In this document: piece after piece, positions 43,462 to 54,400 of the stretch
How positions within the stretch are numbered: the first letter of the stretch is position 1
How the letters are laid out: the number at the start of each line of letters is the position of its first letter
Translations under genes and position numbers: made by a program
Notes under the pieces: generated by a model
What the model was told of the DNA's origin: nothing
Database searches by the model: none
The model's input: the letters and a program-made list of their open reading frames with translations, nothing else
Source of the DNA: a virus
Reading direction: 5' to 3' (one strand)
IMG/VR virus record: IMGVR_UViG_3300045912_000789
Location: 1 to 64,000 of that record
Length of the DNA: 64,000 nucleotides

Positions 43462-46059
43462 GTGGCGGGCTTCACCGACGAGGAAGTCGCAGCGGCGGTC
43501 GATCGCTTCCTGCTCAAGCAGCTCGAAGTCCCGCAGCTCAAGACTGGTGCGCGCGACGTGCTCACGCTGCGCGACCGAGTGTACGACCTCCTCTCGACGG
43601 CCCTCCTGCTTCGTCCGGACTCCTACTTCTACGTCATCTACCTCGCCAGGAACCGGCTGCTCGCACTGGTGAACCAGCAGATCGCCGCTATCGATGCCAT
43701 CACGGCTGCTGGGCCCAACACGACACGGTCCGCCAAGAAGATCAAGAGCACCACGGATCTCGCGGCTGCTCAGGCGGCCCTGCTCGACCTGAATGCCGGC
43801 CTGAATGCTCGGAACACCGGCGTGAGGGGGAGCATCGGTCCGGCGGTCGATCGCTTCCGGAAGAGCATCTCCAGCTTCGTGTCCTCCGAGCTGACGAAGA
43901 ACGTCGTGGTGTCGGGCCAGGTCACGGAGACGGGCCCCGAGCTTCGGACGCTCGTCGCACAGACTTGGGCCCAGGCCGTCGAGCGCCATCCGCAGATCGT
44001 CCAGCTCGCGACGAACATCGCCGGCGCCCTCTCCACGCTGGAGTCGGTGCGGCTGCCCGAGTCGTCCGTGCGCGACATCGTGTCGAGGATCCAAGATCGC
44101 CTCGCCGAGATCCGCGGGGTGATGGAAGGCAGCTCGGCCATCGAGCAGAGCCGCTCCTCGATGCTCGACCTGCTGACGATGCGCACGCTACTCACGAAGG
44201 CATCGACCTTCAGGAACCCCGAGCTGGTCCTGATGCCGAAGACCCGGGACACCTCCGTGGTCTCCTTCGTGGACAGCAGCGGTACCCAGGCGGGGATCCA
44301 GGGCACCGTCTCGGGCCCGTTCAACTACGACCCCGGTGCCGCGCTGAGCCTGTCGGTGAACGGCGGCACACCCGTCGCCGTGACGCTCCCTCGTTCGAGC
44401 ACGGGCTCCCGTGCTGAGCTGCGCTCTCGGGTCTTCTCGCCGTGGGTTGCGCCGACCCCAGGCGACGAAGCGGCCTTCACGGTGGATCTGGCCGGTACGT
44501 CGAGCTTCGTGATCGGTGCGGCCTACGCCAGCGGCCCTGTGGCGGCGGCTGCTCTGGACGCCGGTCTCGGGCCCAGCATGCAGGTGACGTGGGACGCGGC
44601 GACCAACCAGCTCGTGTTCCAGTCGACCAACGAGGGTGACGCCTCGCATCTGCGGCTGCTGACCGACACCCTCGTGCGTCAGCAGTTCAGGGCGTGGGCA
44701 TTCCCGGTCGCTGAGATCCTGTTCATCGAGAACAGGGGCGCCGGTGTTCCGATCGACGAGGTGGTGTCGGCAGTCGGGGCGGCGTCGCCGCTCCTCGACG
44801 CTCTCGCTGTTTCGGAGGACCTGGCCGGCTTCACCGCCGTGCGTACGGCAGTCGGTGGCGAAGAGGCGGTGCTCTGGGATCGGCGAGACAGCGGAAACGA
44901 TCTGGTGTCGACCGTCGGAGTGGCCGAGGTCATCAGCCCGAGCCGGAACTTCGAGTCGCTCGGAATCGCGCCTGGGATGGCGCTGCACACTACGGCGCCC
45001 GGCGTCGCGGACTACGAGATCGTCGCCGTGAGTGGTCCCCAGCTCACACTGAGCCCGACTCCCCCGACCGGACCCCTCACCTATTACATCGGGCCGGACT
45101 ACCGCACGATCCCCGATGGGGCGCGCGTGCAGGTCACAAGCGGCGGGAACCGCGACAACAGCGGACTCTACCGAGTAGCCGCGGGTGGCGGGCAGGTCGC
45201 GCGCATCGTGGTCGATCGGAATCTCCAGACCGCCGACACCGTCTCGGTGTCGGTCTTTCGGCAGTTCATCAGGATCGAGGCGCGGGGAACCACGACGTCT
45301 TCGGGCGTGGGCGTGTCCGCTCCGAGCCAGGGTGCCACGGCTCTCGGGCTGGTCGTGTCGGCCGAGACACGGCCGCTCCTCACCCGCCTCCAGCTCGTGG
45401 GTGCCGGCGACTTCATCGTCCGGGGAGTGCGCAGCGGCGACATCATCAAGCTCACGAGCCCGTCGCTGATCATCTACGAGGTTCTGATCGAGAGTGTGGC
45501 GACCACCACACTCTCGATCGAGCTGGACGGTGTGGTGTTCGAGCCGGGGAACTGGACGTACGAGATCAGGAGCTACAGGGCCGACCAGTTCACCGCGCTC
45601 CAGTCGAGCGCAAGCGCGTTCCTCGTCACCCCGTACGCCGAGGACTTCGCGGCGATCGATACGCTCGTCGGGCGCCTCATCCGCGGGGCTCGCTTCGCCG
45701 GAGAGATCGTGACGGGCCTGGCGCAGTACCGAAGCTCGCTGTCGGCGCTCGCGACGGCGCTCAGCACGTACACGGTCCCGAGAGAGCGGACCATCGACAA
45801 CGTCGTGCGCACGCTGCGGGAGCAGGGGCTCGACCGGGCCCTCGACCTGCTGCTGACGCTGGAGGTGGAGGAGCTGTTCAGCATGGAGCCCGACGGCGTC
45901 TCCTACACCACCTGGTTCATCAGGAAGTCGGCCACGGTGGCTCGGGAGGTCGTCCCCGTCTCGAAGTACGCCCGCAGTGATCGGGTCGTCCAGGAGTGGC
46001 GGACTACGAGCTTCCAGCCGGACCCCTTCGATCCGCGTGGCGAAGACACGCAGCGGTAG
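43462..46059 (+). CDS. Putative baseplate/tail structural protein (865 aa)
   Basis: AGGAGG SD; helical ends with a beta-rich centre; upstream of wedge genes. Confidence 0.6.
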   Translation: MAGFTDEEVAAAVDRFLLKQLEVPQLKTGARDVLTLRDRVYDLLSTALLLRPDSYFYVIYLARNRLLALVNQQIAAIDAITAAGPNTTRSAKKIKSTTDLAAAQAALLDLNAGLNARNTGVRGSIGPAVDRFRKSISSFVSSELTKNVVVSGQVTETGPELRTLVAQTWAQAVERHPQIVQLATNIAGALSTLESVRLPESSVRDIVSRIQDRLAEIRGVMEGSSAIEQSRSSMLDLLTMRTLLTKASTFRNPELVLMPKTRDTSVVSFVDSSGTQAGIQGTVSGPFNYDPGAALSLSVNGGTPVAVTLPRSSTGSRAELRSRVFSPWVAPTPGDEAAFTVDLAGTSSFVIGAAYASGPVAAAALDAGLGPSMQVTWDAATNQLVFQSTNEGDASHLRLLTDTLVRQQFRAWAFPVAEILFIENRGAGVPIDEVVSAVGAASPLLDALAVSEDLAGFTAVRTAVGGEEAVLWDRRDSGNDLVSTVGVAEVISPSRNFESLGIAPGMALHTTAPGVADYEIVAVSGPQLTLSPTPPTGPLTYYIGPDYRTIPDGARVQVTSGGNRDNSGLYRVAAGGGQVARIVVDRNLQTADTVSVSVFRQFIRIEARGTTTSSGVGVSAPSQGATALGLVVSAETRPLLTRLQLVGAGDFIVRGVRSGDIIKLTSPSLIIYEVLIESVATTTLSIELDGVVFEPGNWTYEIRSYRADQFTALQSSASAFLVTPYAEDFAAIDTLVGRLIRGARFAGEIVTGLAQYRSSLSALATALSTYTVPRERTIDNVVRTLREQGLDRALDLLLTLEVEELFSMEPDGVSYTTWFIRKSATVAREVVPVSKYARSDRVVQEWRTTSFQPDPFDPRGEDTQR

Positions 46060-46073
46060 GGTAGAGTTCGGGG

Positions 46074-46406
46074 GTGACCGAGGAAGCCACCCCCAGGAGC
46101 AGCGCGCGCGAGCAGCAGCGTGAGTTCCGCCGCATCGTCGCGAATGCGGTGGGCGAGCTGCGCTCGAACGAGATCCGAGACAGCTACGCCGCCCTGAGCC
46201 TCGAAGAGCTGATCGATCAGCAGATCGATCGGCTGGAGGGGACGGAAGACGGGCTGAACCCCAGCCGGCTCCAGCGCATCCAGAGAGTGCGCCAGGAGCT
46301 GGCCGACAACATCGAGGCGATGAAGGCCACGCCGCCGTCGGACTTCCGCCGGCACGACCCGGACGGCGACGTGAACACGGCACCCGAGACCGAGGACGAG
46401 GGCTGA
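46074..46406 (+). CDS. Hypothetical coiled-coil protein
   Basis: TAGAGT-N6-GTG. Confidence 0.65.
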   Translation: MTEEATPRSSAREQQREFRRIVANAVGELRSNEIRDSYAALSLEELIDQQIDRLEGTEDGLNPSRLQRIQRVRQELADNIEAMKATPPSDFRRHDPDGDVNTAPETEDEG

Positions 46407-46407
46407 C

Positions 46408-47049
46408 ATGGACACCATCCAGGTCGTTCGCCTACTCGACGTGCTGCGCGTCAACAGCGCGCGCAACGCCCCAGGGGTCAGCCCGCGATCGCTCATCATC
46501 AAGGGAGAGGACTTCAGGAACGTCGAGCAGGTCATCATGGATGGCTTCGTCTCGCCGTCCTTCGTCGCCTATTCGATGACCGAGATGATCGCCGAAGTCC
46601 CGGCACCGCTTCGCCAGGCCGTCATCACGGACGTCAGCGTGCTCAGCGGATCGCTCACGCTGACGGAGCGCAGCCTCGTCGAGTTCACGTTCGGCACCCG
46701 GCCGAAGAAGGCGTCGGGGGTTCTGCGGCTGATGCAGAACTTCCTCCGCATCCTGCTGCGGTCGCCGGGGTCGAACCGCTTCCACCCCCGAAGCGGTGGA
46801 GGCCTGCTGAAGCGAATCGGTAGCACGGCGAACAACCAGACTGCGGCCGACATCGCGATCGCCGTGCAATCCGCCAAGCAGTACATGATCAACGTCCAGA
46901 CGGCCGACCGCAACATCCCGCCGTCCGAGAGGCTGCTGTCGGCAGAGATCCAGGCCCTGACGGTCGATCCCCAGAGCACGACGGCGTTCGTCACCATCGT
47001 GCTCACCTCGCATTCCGGCGCGCGTAGCGCCGCCACCATCCAGACGTAG
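46408..47049 (+). CDS. gp25/GPW-like baseplate wedge protein with an N-terminal IPT-like domain
   Basis: LMQNFLRILLRSPGSN.FHP..GGGL..IG..ERLL..I pattern; precedes the J-like gene. Confidence 0.65.
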   Translation: MDTIQVVRLLDVLRVNSARNAPGVSPRSLIIKGEDFRNVEQVIMDGFVSPSFVAYSMTEMIAEVPAPLRQAVITDVSVLSGSLTLTERSLVEFTFGTRPKKASGVLRLMQNFLRILLRSPGSNRFHPRSGGGLLKRIGSTANNQTAADIAIAVQSAKQYMINVQTADRNIPPSERLLSAEIQALTVDPQSTTAFVTIVLTSHSGARSAATIQT

Positions 47050-47061
47050 TAGGATCCCCGC

Positions 47062-50000
47062 ATGGCGAACAACGACACCCGCCAGTTCCTCCAGGACGCG
47101 CTCGTCAGGTACGACCCCGACATCGACCTGAGCGAAGGCTCGCGCGCGGACACAGAGCTGGTGCAGCCGATCCTCCAGCGAATCGGCATCGACCCGTTCG
47201 ACGACGACATCCTCACGTTCGTGCGAACGAGGGTGCAGCAGTCGTTCCCGAACCTCGCCATCACCGAGGACGATCCGCTCACCGACATTCTGCTCGACGC
47301 GATGCGCGTGCTCATCGAGCCGCTCGTGCGCGAGGTGAAGCTCGTCAAGCTCCGCGGCAGCCTGCGCAACATCGAGAGCCTCTCGGACGATGAGGTCGAG
47401 GCCCTCCTCGCGAACTTCTTCATCTCGCGGATCACCGGCGGCTTCTCGGTCGGCGTCGTGCGGGTCTACTTCGCCACCCCACAGAGCCTCAGCCTGACGC
47501 TGACGAACCCGGCCACCACGAAGGCCGGGCTTCGTTTCCGGCCGACTCGTCCGCAGGCGATCACGGCCGACCAGATGCTGCTCAACCGCGAGGGCAGCGA
47601 GTTCTACTTCGACGTGAACTACACCGCGGAGAAACGCGGGGACGAGTACAACGTCGAGCCGAACGAGATCGTCTCCGTGGCGAACCTGCCCACGGCCACG
47701 CGGATCCGGAACCCCCGTCGCTTCCGAGGCGGCGTCCCGCAGGAGGGGATCCTCGACTTCGCGGCGCGCGCTCAGCGCAGCCTGAGCGACAAGACGCTCA
47801 CCGTGGAGCGCGGCATCATCTCGACGCTCACCGAGAGCTTCCCCGCCATCCGTCGCATCTTCTCGGTCGGCTTCCGTGATCCCGAGATGCAGCGCGATGT
47901 GATCAAGGGCGGAAGCCTCGGCCCGGTCCCCGGCGCGGACATCTCCGGCGACTTCTTCGGCGCCGGCACCGCGGTCGACGATTTCGACGGCGACCTGCTC
48001 ACCCCCATCCTCGATGCTCCTGGCGGGGCCTTCGTGTCGCGCCTCGGGCCGGTCGGCGCGCAGCCGGAGGGGTGGTTCGTCACGGTCGTCTACACGGTGG
48101 GCGCGACGCTCGTCGTGGAGGACGTGGCGGTGCTGGAGGTGCTCAGCTCGACGCAGGTCCGGCTGGATCACGAGTTCCCGGTGACCTCGCCGGCCCAGTC
48201 CGTCACGTGGATGCTGCGCCAGCGCAGCCTGACGATCTCGGACATCCCGGGCGGCATCGTGCTTCCGGACACGGCGACCGGAACGCTGGAGATCAAGAAG
48301 GACGAAGTCCACATCGGCGGCAAGACCGACGTGTACATCGCGGGCGAGACCGAGCTGGCCACGGCGCAGATCGAGAGCCTCACCGACGAGAGCCCCGCGG
48401 CGAAGGGCACGAACGCCCAGACGCAGGGCCTCACCCCGGGAAGCGAAGACATCATCAGGATCAACGACCCCAGCGGGCTGATCGCCCCGGGGTCGAGCCT
48501 CGTTCTGGAAGAGGGCGTGGATGCCGGGAGCTACCGCATCCTGGAGATCGTGAGCGGCCCGTCCCCGCTCTACGTGCGGGTCGACACCGACATGACGGGC
48601 GCGCAGGGCTCGCTCGCGTGGAAGGTGGTGGACGAGATCGACGTCGAGCTGACCGACCCCAAGGACATCAAGGTCGAGGGAGCCGACATGGTCACCTCGG
48701 CCGGCAACCAGGTTGTCACGACGTCGAGCGCCACGAACTTCATCGACGCGAACGTCCAGCCCGGCGACGTGCTGGAGCTGTTCGACGAGGACTTCGGCGG
48801 CGAGTTCGCGGTCGACGAGGTGAACGCCGTGTCCCTGAAGGTCTCGCCGGCGCCGGCGCGGACCTTCACGTCCGTGTCGTACCGCGTGTTCCGCCGCTCG
48901 GAGGCGGTCGATCCGCCGCTCGTGCGGGTGTCCTCGATGGAGCTGCTCGACAGCACCGGCGCGCCGAGTGGCACCGTCATCCCGTACCGCGATCCCGTGC
49001 TCGCGCTGAGCAACGCGTTCCAGAACGAGGGCTCGGGCTTCGTGTTCGAGGGCCTCTGCCTCGTCGGCCTGGTGTCGGACCCCGAGCCGTCGGGCTCGGC
49101 GGCGTACGTGGTCGGCGGTCAGACGATCGACTGGGAGGTCTACAACCCCGACACGATCTGGCTGGACCCGGTGAACGTCGGCACGTTCACGTTCATCGCC
49201 GGCCCGGCCAAGACCGCAGCGCAGGTGGTCGCGGAGATCAACGCGGACGTCCTGCTCGATCTCATGGGCGTGAAGGCTCGCGTCATCACGAAGCTGAACA
49301 ACGACTACGTCGGGATCGTGACCTCCTCCCACATCCGATTCGTGGGCGGCACCGCGCTCAGTGCGTTCGGCTGGGGCGCCGGCGTCCGGAACTCGATGAT
49401 GCGGAGCGTGGAGGACCAGTTCTCCGATGCCGGTGTGCGCCTCGGAGATGCGATCGAGGTCGTCGAGGGGAACAGCGCTGGCATCCTCGGTCGGATCATC
49501 GCAGGCCCCATCGTCGGCGGACCGAGCGACACCGTGTTCGTCGGAACCGGTCCGGTCGGTCCCGAGGAGACGTCCGGCTTCTCTGGGCTCTTCAACAACG
49601 TCGTGTTCAACCCCGACGTGAACGTCCTGGTGAGGATCGGGCGCGCCTCGGTCGGTTCGGCCCGCGTCTTCTTCCTCGGGCCCACGGCCGCGGAGTTCGA
49701 CTACCGCACCACGCGGTTCACCGCGAGCGTCCCGGAGGCCACCCTGCTCTTCCGGCCCGACCCGGAGAACCTGCGGATCGTGCGCCCGCCTCCGCCGATC
49801 ACCGAGCTGCCGAACACCGGCATCACGGACAACACCACGCCGGGTCAACTCACCGACAACGACGCGAACTTCCTCCTGTTCGGCATCCAGCTCGGCGACC
49901 TCGTCGACGTCCTGTACGTCCCGATCGTGGGAACCGGGCCTCTGCCGCCCAGCGGCAACATCGCGTTCACCGGGCTGAACAACGTCCTGCGCATCCGGCT

Positions 50001-51087
50001 CGACACCGATCCCTTCATCACGGTGTCGTTCCCGTTCCCGATGCCGCGACAGGACGTCGTCGACTTCATCAACGAGCAGGTCGGTGAGGACATCGCTTCG
50101 CTCACCAGCGGCGGGAACCTGCGGCTGCGGTCGAGCCGCCGCATCGAGCTGGACCCGACGTCGACCGTCATTACGCACGCGTCGAACCCCCTGTTCCTCG
50201 CCGGCGCGGCGCTGAACACCGATCACCCCGACAAGGGCACGTACATCGTCCGCACCGTGTCGGAGAACGTCCTGACGTTCTCCACCAAGACGGGCCAGCA
50301 GATCACGAGCGGAACCACGGCGGACACGCTCTACCGCATCCGACGGTACGTCCAGCGCATCTCCCCCACGGAGATGAACCTGAACCTCGACTCCTCGGGG
50401 CTCTACTACGCCGACGTGCAGATGCTGTCGCTGGCGCCCGGCGACATCTACAACATCACGTCGGGGGTCTCGCTGGAGATCTCGGGCGTGCGCAGCGATG
50501 GCTATCGGCTGATCGTGGACAACCCCGTCACGTCGTTCAGCAGGGCGGAGGTGCTCCGCGCCGAGATCAGCCGGACGATGCTCCTCGTGGGCAGTGCAGA
50601 CGATCCGACCGAGGCGGTGCAGCTCAGCCAGCAGAACGTCCAGGTCACGTACGACCGCTCCCAGCTCGTCGACGAGGTCCAGAGCTTCGCCGACTCGGAC
50701 TTCCAGCGGGTGATCTGCGAGGAGATCCTCGTCCGCCACCTCCTCCCTCACTACGTCTCGATGACCTGGAACTACGCCGGCGGGTCGAGCGAGCCGGACA
50801 TGCTCCGCGCGATCCAGGATCTGCTCGATGGCATCGAGCCGGACGAGCAGCTCGAAGTCACCGACCTCACCAACGTGCTGCGTCGCCGGAGCGCGACATC
50901 GGTGTTCACGCCCGACTCCAGCAGCTCCACGGGCCGGACGGCTCCGTTCTTCATCGTCGTCTACCACGACGAGAACCGGGCCATCCACGCACTGATCGTC
51001 AAGGACTACGTGACGACCGTGCGGACCCAGCGCTACATCCCCGACAAGATCACGCTCACTCGTATCACCACGGGCGGCATCCGCTAG
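47062..51087 (+). CDS. Baseplate J-like wedge protein (1341 aa)
   Basis: N-terminal LANFFISR..G..VYF..A..G..YN..NP..GG..E..RA..LS..G..DPEMQRD; TAGGAT-N6-ATG. Confidence 0.7.
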   Translation: MANNDTRQFLQDALVRYDPDIDLSEGSRADTELVQPILQRIGIDPFDDDILTFVRTRVQQSFPNLAITEDDPLTDILLDAMRVLIEPLVREVKLVKLRGSLRNIESLSDDEVEALLANFFISRITGGFSVGVVRVYFATPQSLSLTLTNPATTKAGLRFRPTRPQAITADQMLLNREGSEFYFDVNYTAEKRGDEYNVEPNEIVSVANLPTATRIRNPRRFRGGVPQEGILDFAARAQRSLSDKTLTVERGIISTLTESFPAIRRIFSVGFRDPEMQRDVIKGGSLGPVPGADISGDFFGAGTAVDDFDGDLLTPILDAPGGAFVSRLGPVGAQPEGWFVTVVYTVGATLVVEDVAVLEVLSSTQVRLDHEFPVTSPAQSVTWMLRQRSLTISDIPGGIVLPDTATGTLEIKKDEVHIGGKTDVYIAGETELATAQIESLTDESPAAKGTNAQTQGLTPGSEDIIRINDPSGLIAPGSSLVLEEGVDAGSYRILEIVSGPSPLYVRVDTDMTGAQGSLAWKVVDEIDVELTDPKDIKVEGADMVTSAGNQVVTTSSATNFIDANVQPGDVLELFDEDFGGEFAVDEVNAVSLKVSPAPARTFTSVSYRVFRRSEAVDPPLVRVSSMELLDSTGAPSGTVIPYRDPVLALSNAFQNEGSGFVFEGLCLVGLVSDPEPSGSAAYVVGGQTIDWEVYNPDTIWLDPVNVGTFTFIAGPAKTAAQVVAEINADVLLDLMGVKARVITKLNNDYVGIVTSSHIRFVGGTALSAFGWGAGVRNSMMRSVEDQFSDAGVRLGDAIEVVEGNSAGILGRIIAGPIVGGPSDTVFVGTGPVGPEETSGFSGLFNNVVFNPDVNVLVRIGRASVGSARVFFLGPTAAEFDYRTTRFTASVPEATLLFRPDPENLRIVRPPPPITELPNTGITDNTTPGQLTDNDANFLLFGIQLGDLVDVLYVPIVGTGPLPPSGNIAFTGLNNVLRIRLDTDPFITVSFPFPMPRQDVVDFINEQVGEDIASLTSGGNLRLRSSRRIELDPTSTVITHASNPLFLAGAALNTDHPDKGTYIVRTVSENVLTFSTKTGQQITSGTTADTLYRIRRYVQRISPTEMNLNLDSSGLYYADVQMLSLAPGDIYNITSGVSLEISGVRSDGYRLIVDNPVTSFSRAEVLRAEISRTMLLVGSADDPTEAVQLSQQNVQVTYDRSQLVDEVQSFADSDFQRVICEEILVRHLLPHYVSMTWNYAGGSSEPDMLRAIQDLLDGIEPDEQLEVTDLTNVLRRRSATSVFTPDSSSSTGRTAPFFIVVYHDENRAIHALIVKDYVTTVRTQRYIPDKITLTRITTGGIR

Positions 51088-51395
51088 TCGCCGTGACCTC
51101 GGACGATCGGGAGCGCGTCGTCGACTCTGCGAGGATCCCCCGTGTCGAGCACGATGTTCGTACGGGGGTCCACGGTCGCGCCGCAGTCCTGGCAGTACGC
51201 CATCATCCGGGGAAGCGGGTCGTGCTCGGAGAAGACCTGCGGCGTGTAGAGCTGCGGCGACATGGCCGAACGGCAGCGCGGGCAGGGCATGGATTTGATG
51301 AACGCCGTCCGGCTCTCGGCGAGCGGGGTCAGCTCGTCGGGGATGCCCTGGATCATGCGCTGGGCTAGACCTGGCGGAAGCGGTCGAAACTTCAT
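51084..51395 (-). CDS. Small zinc-ribbon protein
   Basis: CPRC...CQDC; fills the gap between two baseplate genes. Confidence 0.65.
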   Translation of the reverse strand: MKFRPLPPGLAQRMIQGIPDELTPLAESRTAFIKSMPCPRCRSAMSPQLYTPQVFSEHDPLPRMMAYCQDCGATVDPRTNIVLDTGDPRRVDDALPIVRGHGD

Positions 51396-51423
51396 CGCGG
51401 TACGAGTACGATAGCACAGCGAC

Positions 51424-54400
51424 ATGGCTCTCCCGACTTCGCCGACCTGGACTCTCGCCGACTTCAGCGGCCCCACGCTGGGCAGCCTGCTGTCGCTGGG
51501 CCCCAGTGATCTCACGATCACCCCGTCGACGTCGCCCTACTTCTCGTACAACGACGACTTCAGCGTCCTGACAGCTCGGTCGGCCGACGGAGCCCTGGCG
51601 ATGCTGGACTTCCACGTCCCGATTCCGCCTCGGTTCACGGTCGAGATGACGCTGCGGTTCCCCGAGATGCCACACAACCTCGCCGACCTCGAATCGCGAC
51701 GCGCGGGCCTCACCGTCGCCGATGACGGTGGACGCGGCATCGCGATCTACTTCGCTACCACCGGTCTGGCGGTCAGCCGAGTCGACGACTTCGGGAGCGT
51801 GACCGCGCTACCCGACACCACCGACACCACCGAGGAGATCGCCGTCACGTTCAAGACGATCCGCGTGGCCGTCGATTCGGGGCTCGGTCGTGCGTACGTC
51901 TTCATCGGGAACGAGTCCACCGTGGACCCCGAGGTCCGGTTCATCCTGCCGGTCGAGGCGACGCCGGCGACGGTGCTCGACGTCTTCCGCCTCTTCGTGA
52001 AGGGACTCTCGACGCAGCCTAGCCGAGTCGAGATCAAGGCGCTGCGGCTCGCCGGAGATCTGGTCATCCCGAACTTCCCGCCGACCGCCATCGCTGGGCC
52101 GGATCGGGTGGCTCCCGTCGGACAGGCGGTGCGCTTCGACGGCCGGTCCAGCTTCGACATCGAGGGGGCGCCGCTCACCTACCTCTGGAGGATCTTCGAC
52201 GCCCCGTTCGGCTCGCAGTACGCCGCCGAGAACAGCTCGGGCTCGACGGTGGACGACGGCGACGCCGATGGGTTCACCGATCTGCTCAGCTTCACCCCGA
52301 ACTCGCTCCCCGGCTGGGTGGCGCCCGGAGACATGCTCCGCATCGGAGCTGCTCGGCACATCATCGCCACCGTCGACAACCCCGGGGGACAGCTCACGAC
52401 CGAGGCCGAGACGATCCCCGACAACCTGTCGAACGTCCCGTTCCGCATCATCGATCAGAGCGCGCTCGTGGGCTCCGACACCGAGACCCCGTACCTCGTG
52501 GCGGACGTCCAGGGCGTCTACCGGGTCGAGTTGATCGTGAACGACGGCGAGTCCGACAGCGAGCCGGCCGAAGCTCTGGCCAGCATCGTCGGGGCCCGCG
52601 CCCCCTTCGGGGTCGAGCCGGACGTCTCCCCGATCTGGAAGGCGCTGGGTGACGAGTGGCAGCTCGTGCGCGGCAAGGAGGTCTTCGAGGAATCCTGGCG
52701 AGGGGTCGCGCAGATCCTGGCCGGGAGGCTGCTGGAGGTCTGGCAGCATCACTACAACTACAGCCTCCGCGATGCGCAGCGCACCTTCCAGCGCAAGTGG
52801 GTCGCGTACCGGTCGCTCATCACGGAGACAGATCCGGATGGTGCTGTGATCTCTCCGCGCTACGGCCTGGTGCGCGCCTCCCACGAGTTCGAGACCAGCG
52901 CTCCGGCCGTGGTGGGGCAGACCCTCGTGTTTGAGTACTTCACCGGCACGAGCGCTACGGCGGTCGAGCAGCGCACGGTCATCCTGACCGGCACCAGTCT
53001 GGCCAGCATCATCGCAGACGTGAACGCCGCGATGGTCGGCACCGGGATCTCGGCCTTCGGGTACGCGCTTCGCCGCGGTGACGCCACGTACCGCGCCATC
53101 ATCACGGGCGGCTCCACGACCGACGACGGAGACGGCGACGGGCTGACGCTGACGCTGTCGTTCCCCCCGCTCTCGCTCCCGTCGTGGGTGGCGGCGGGGG
53201 ACACGCTGGTCCTCGGGGGAGAACGCTTCACGATCGCTACGGTGAACAACCCCGGAGGCTCGCTCACGATCACGGCCGAAGAGCTGCCCGACAACCTGTC
53301 GGGTGTCACCTTCGTCGTCTACCGGATCGCTCGGCTCGGCTTCAAGGGGATGCGCGGGTTCCGGATCGCGTCCGGCACCGCCATGGCGACGCTGGGCATC
53401 ACCACGGCGTACAACTACCTGGAGGGTCTGGATGGGGCGCTGGTCACCGACCGAACGTACTACGCAGGCGACGGCGTCGACCTCAGCGAGCACGGCGTCA
53501 GTCGTGGTGATCTGCTCGTTCTCAACAACGGCCAGTCGTTCCGGATCGACCGCATTCTCACGGCCCAGGACGACCCCCTCCCCGGGCAGCGCCTTCTCCT
53601 CGTCGACGAACTGCCTTTCGACGCCAGCGAGTCTTGGAGCATCCCGTCGATCGTCCGATCGACCGTGGTCGACTACGAGTTCGAGGGCGCGTACCCGGGA
53701 GATCTCGTCAAGGCAGAGGTCTTCGATGCCGAGACGAACACCACCACGGATGTCCTGGGTCGTGTCGTGGCTCAGAAGGGCACGCAGCTCGCCGCGAACC
53801 TGACCGGGTTCTTCGGCGCGCTGCTCGACGACGAGCGGTACGAGATCCGGCTCCTGGGTGTGAAGCGGCGCAAGGCGATGCCGATCGCCGAAGACGTCGT
53901 CAGCATCCCCCGGCTCCAGGACATCATCCCCGTCAACAAGTACGACGAGAACGGCGCCAAGGTCCCCTCTGGCCAGACGATCTGGCGGGAGAACGAGCAC
54001 TACGTGCTGGAGCCGTTCTACCGAGACATCGGGGGCGCGCCCATCCCGCAGCTCCAGTTCCGGGACTCGGTCTTCATCGACCCCGACCTCGAACCGCCCG
54101 ACATCTTCTGGGCCGAGCTGACGATCTTCAGCAACGACCAGAACGTCGAGGACCTGTTCGGTCGGCTCGCTGGGTTCCTGCGCGACGATGCCTCCGTCTT
54201 CTCGTCCGACTTCAACTACGTCTCGGGCGTGGCGGGCCTGATCTACGCTCAGCAGCGCGGCCCGAGCGTGGAGGCTGTCCGCGTCGGTGCCCAGATCCTC
54301 TTCGGCCAGCCGTTCGCCGAGGTCTCCGGGACCATCGAGGAGATCAGCGACGACTTCTCGCCCACCACAGGCCGGATGCTCGTACGCGACTCCACTGGGG

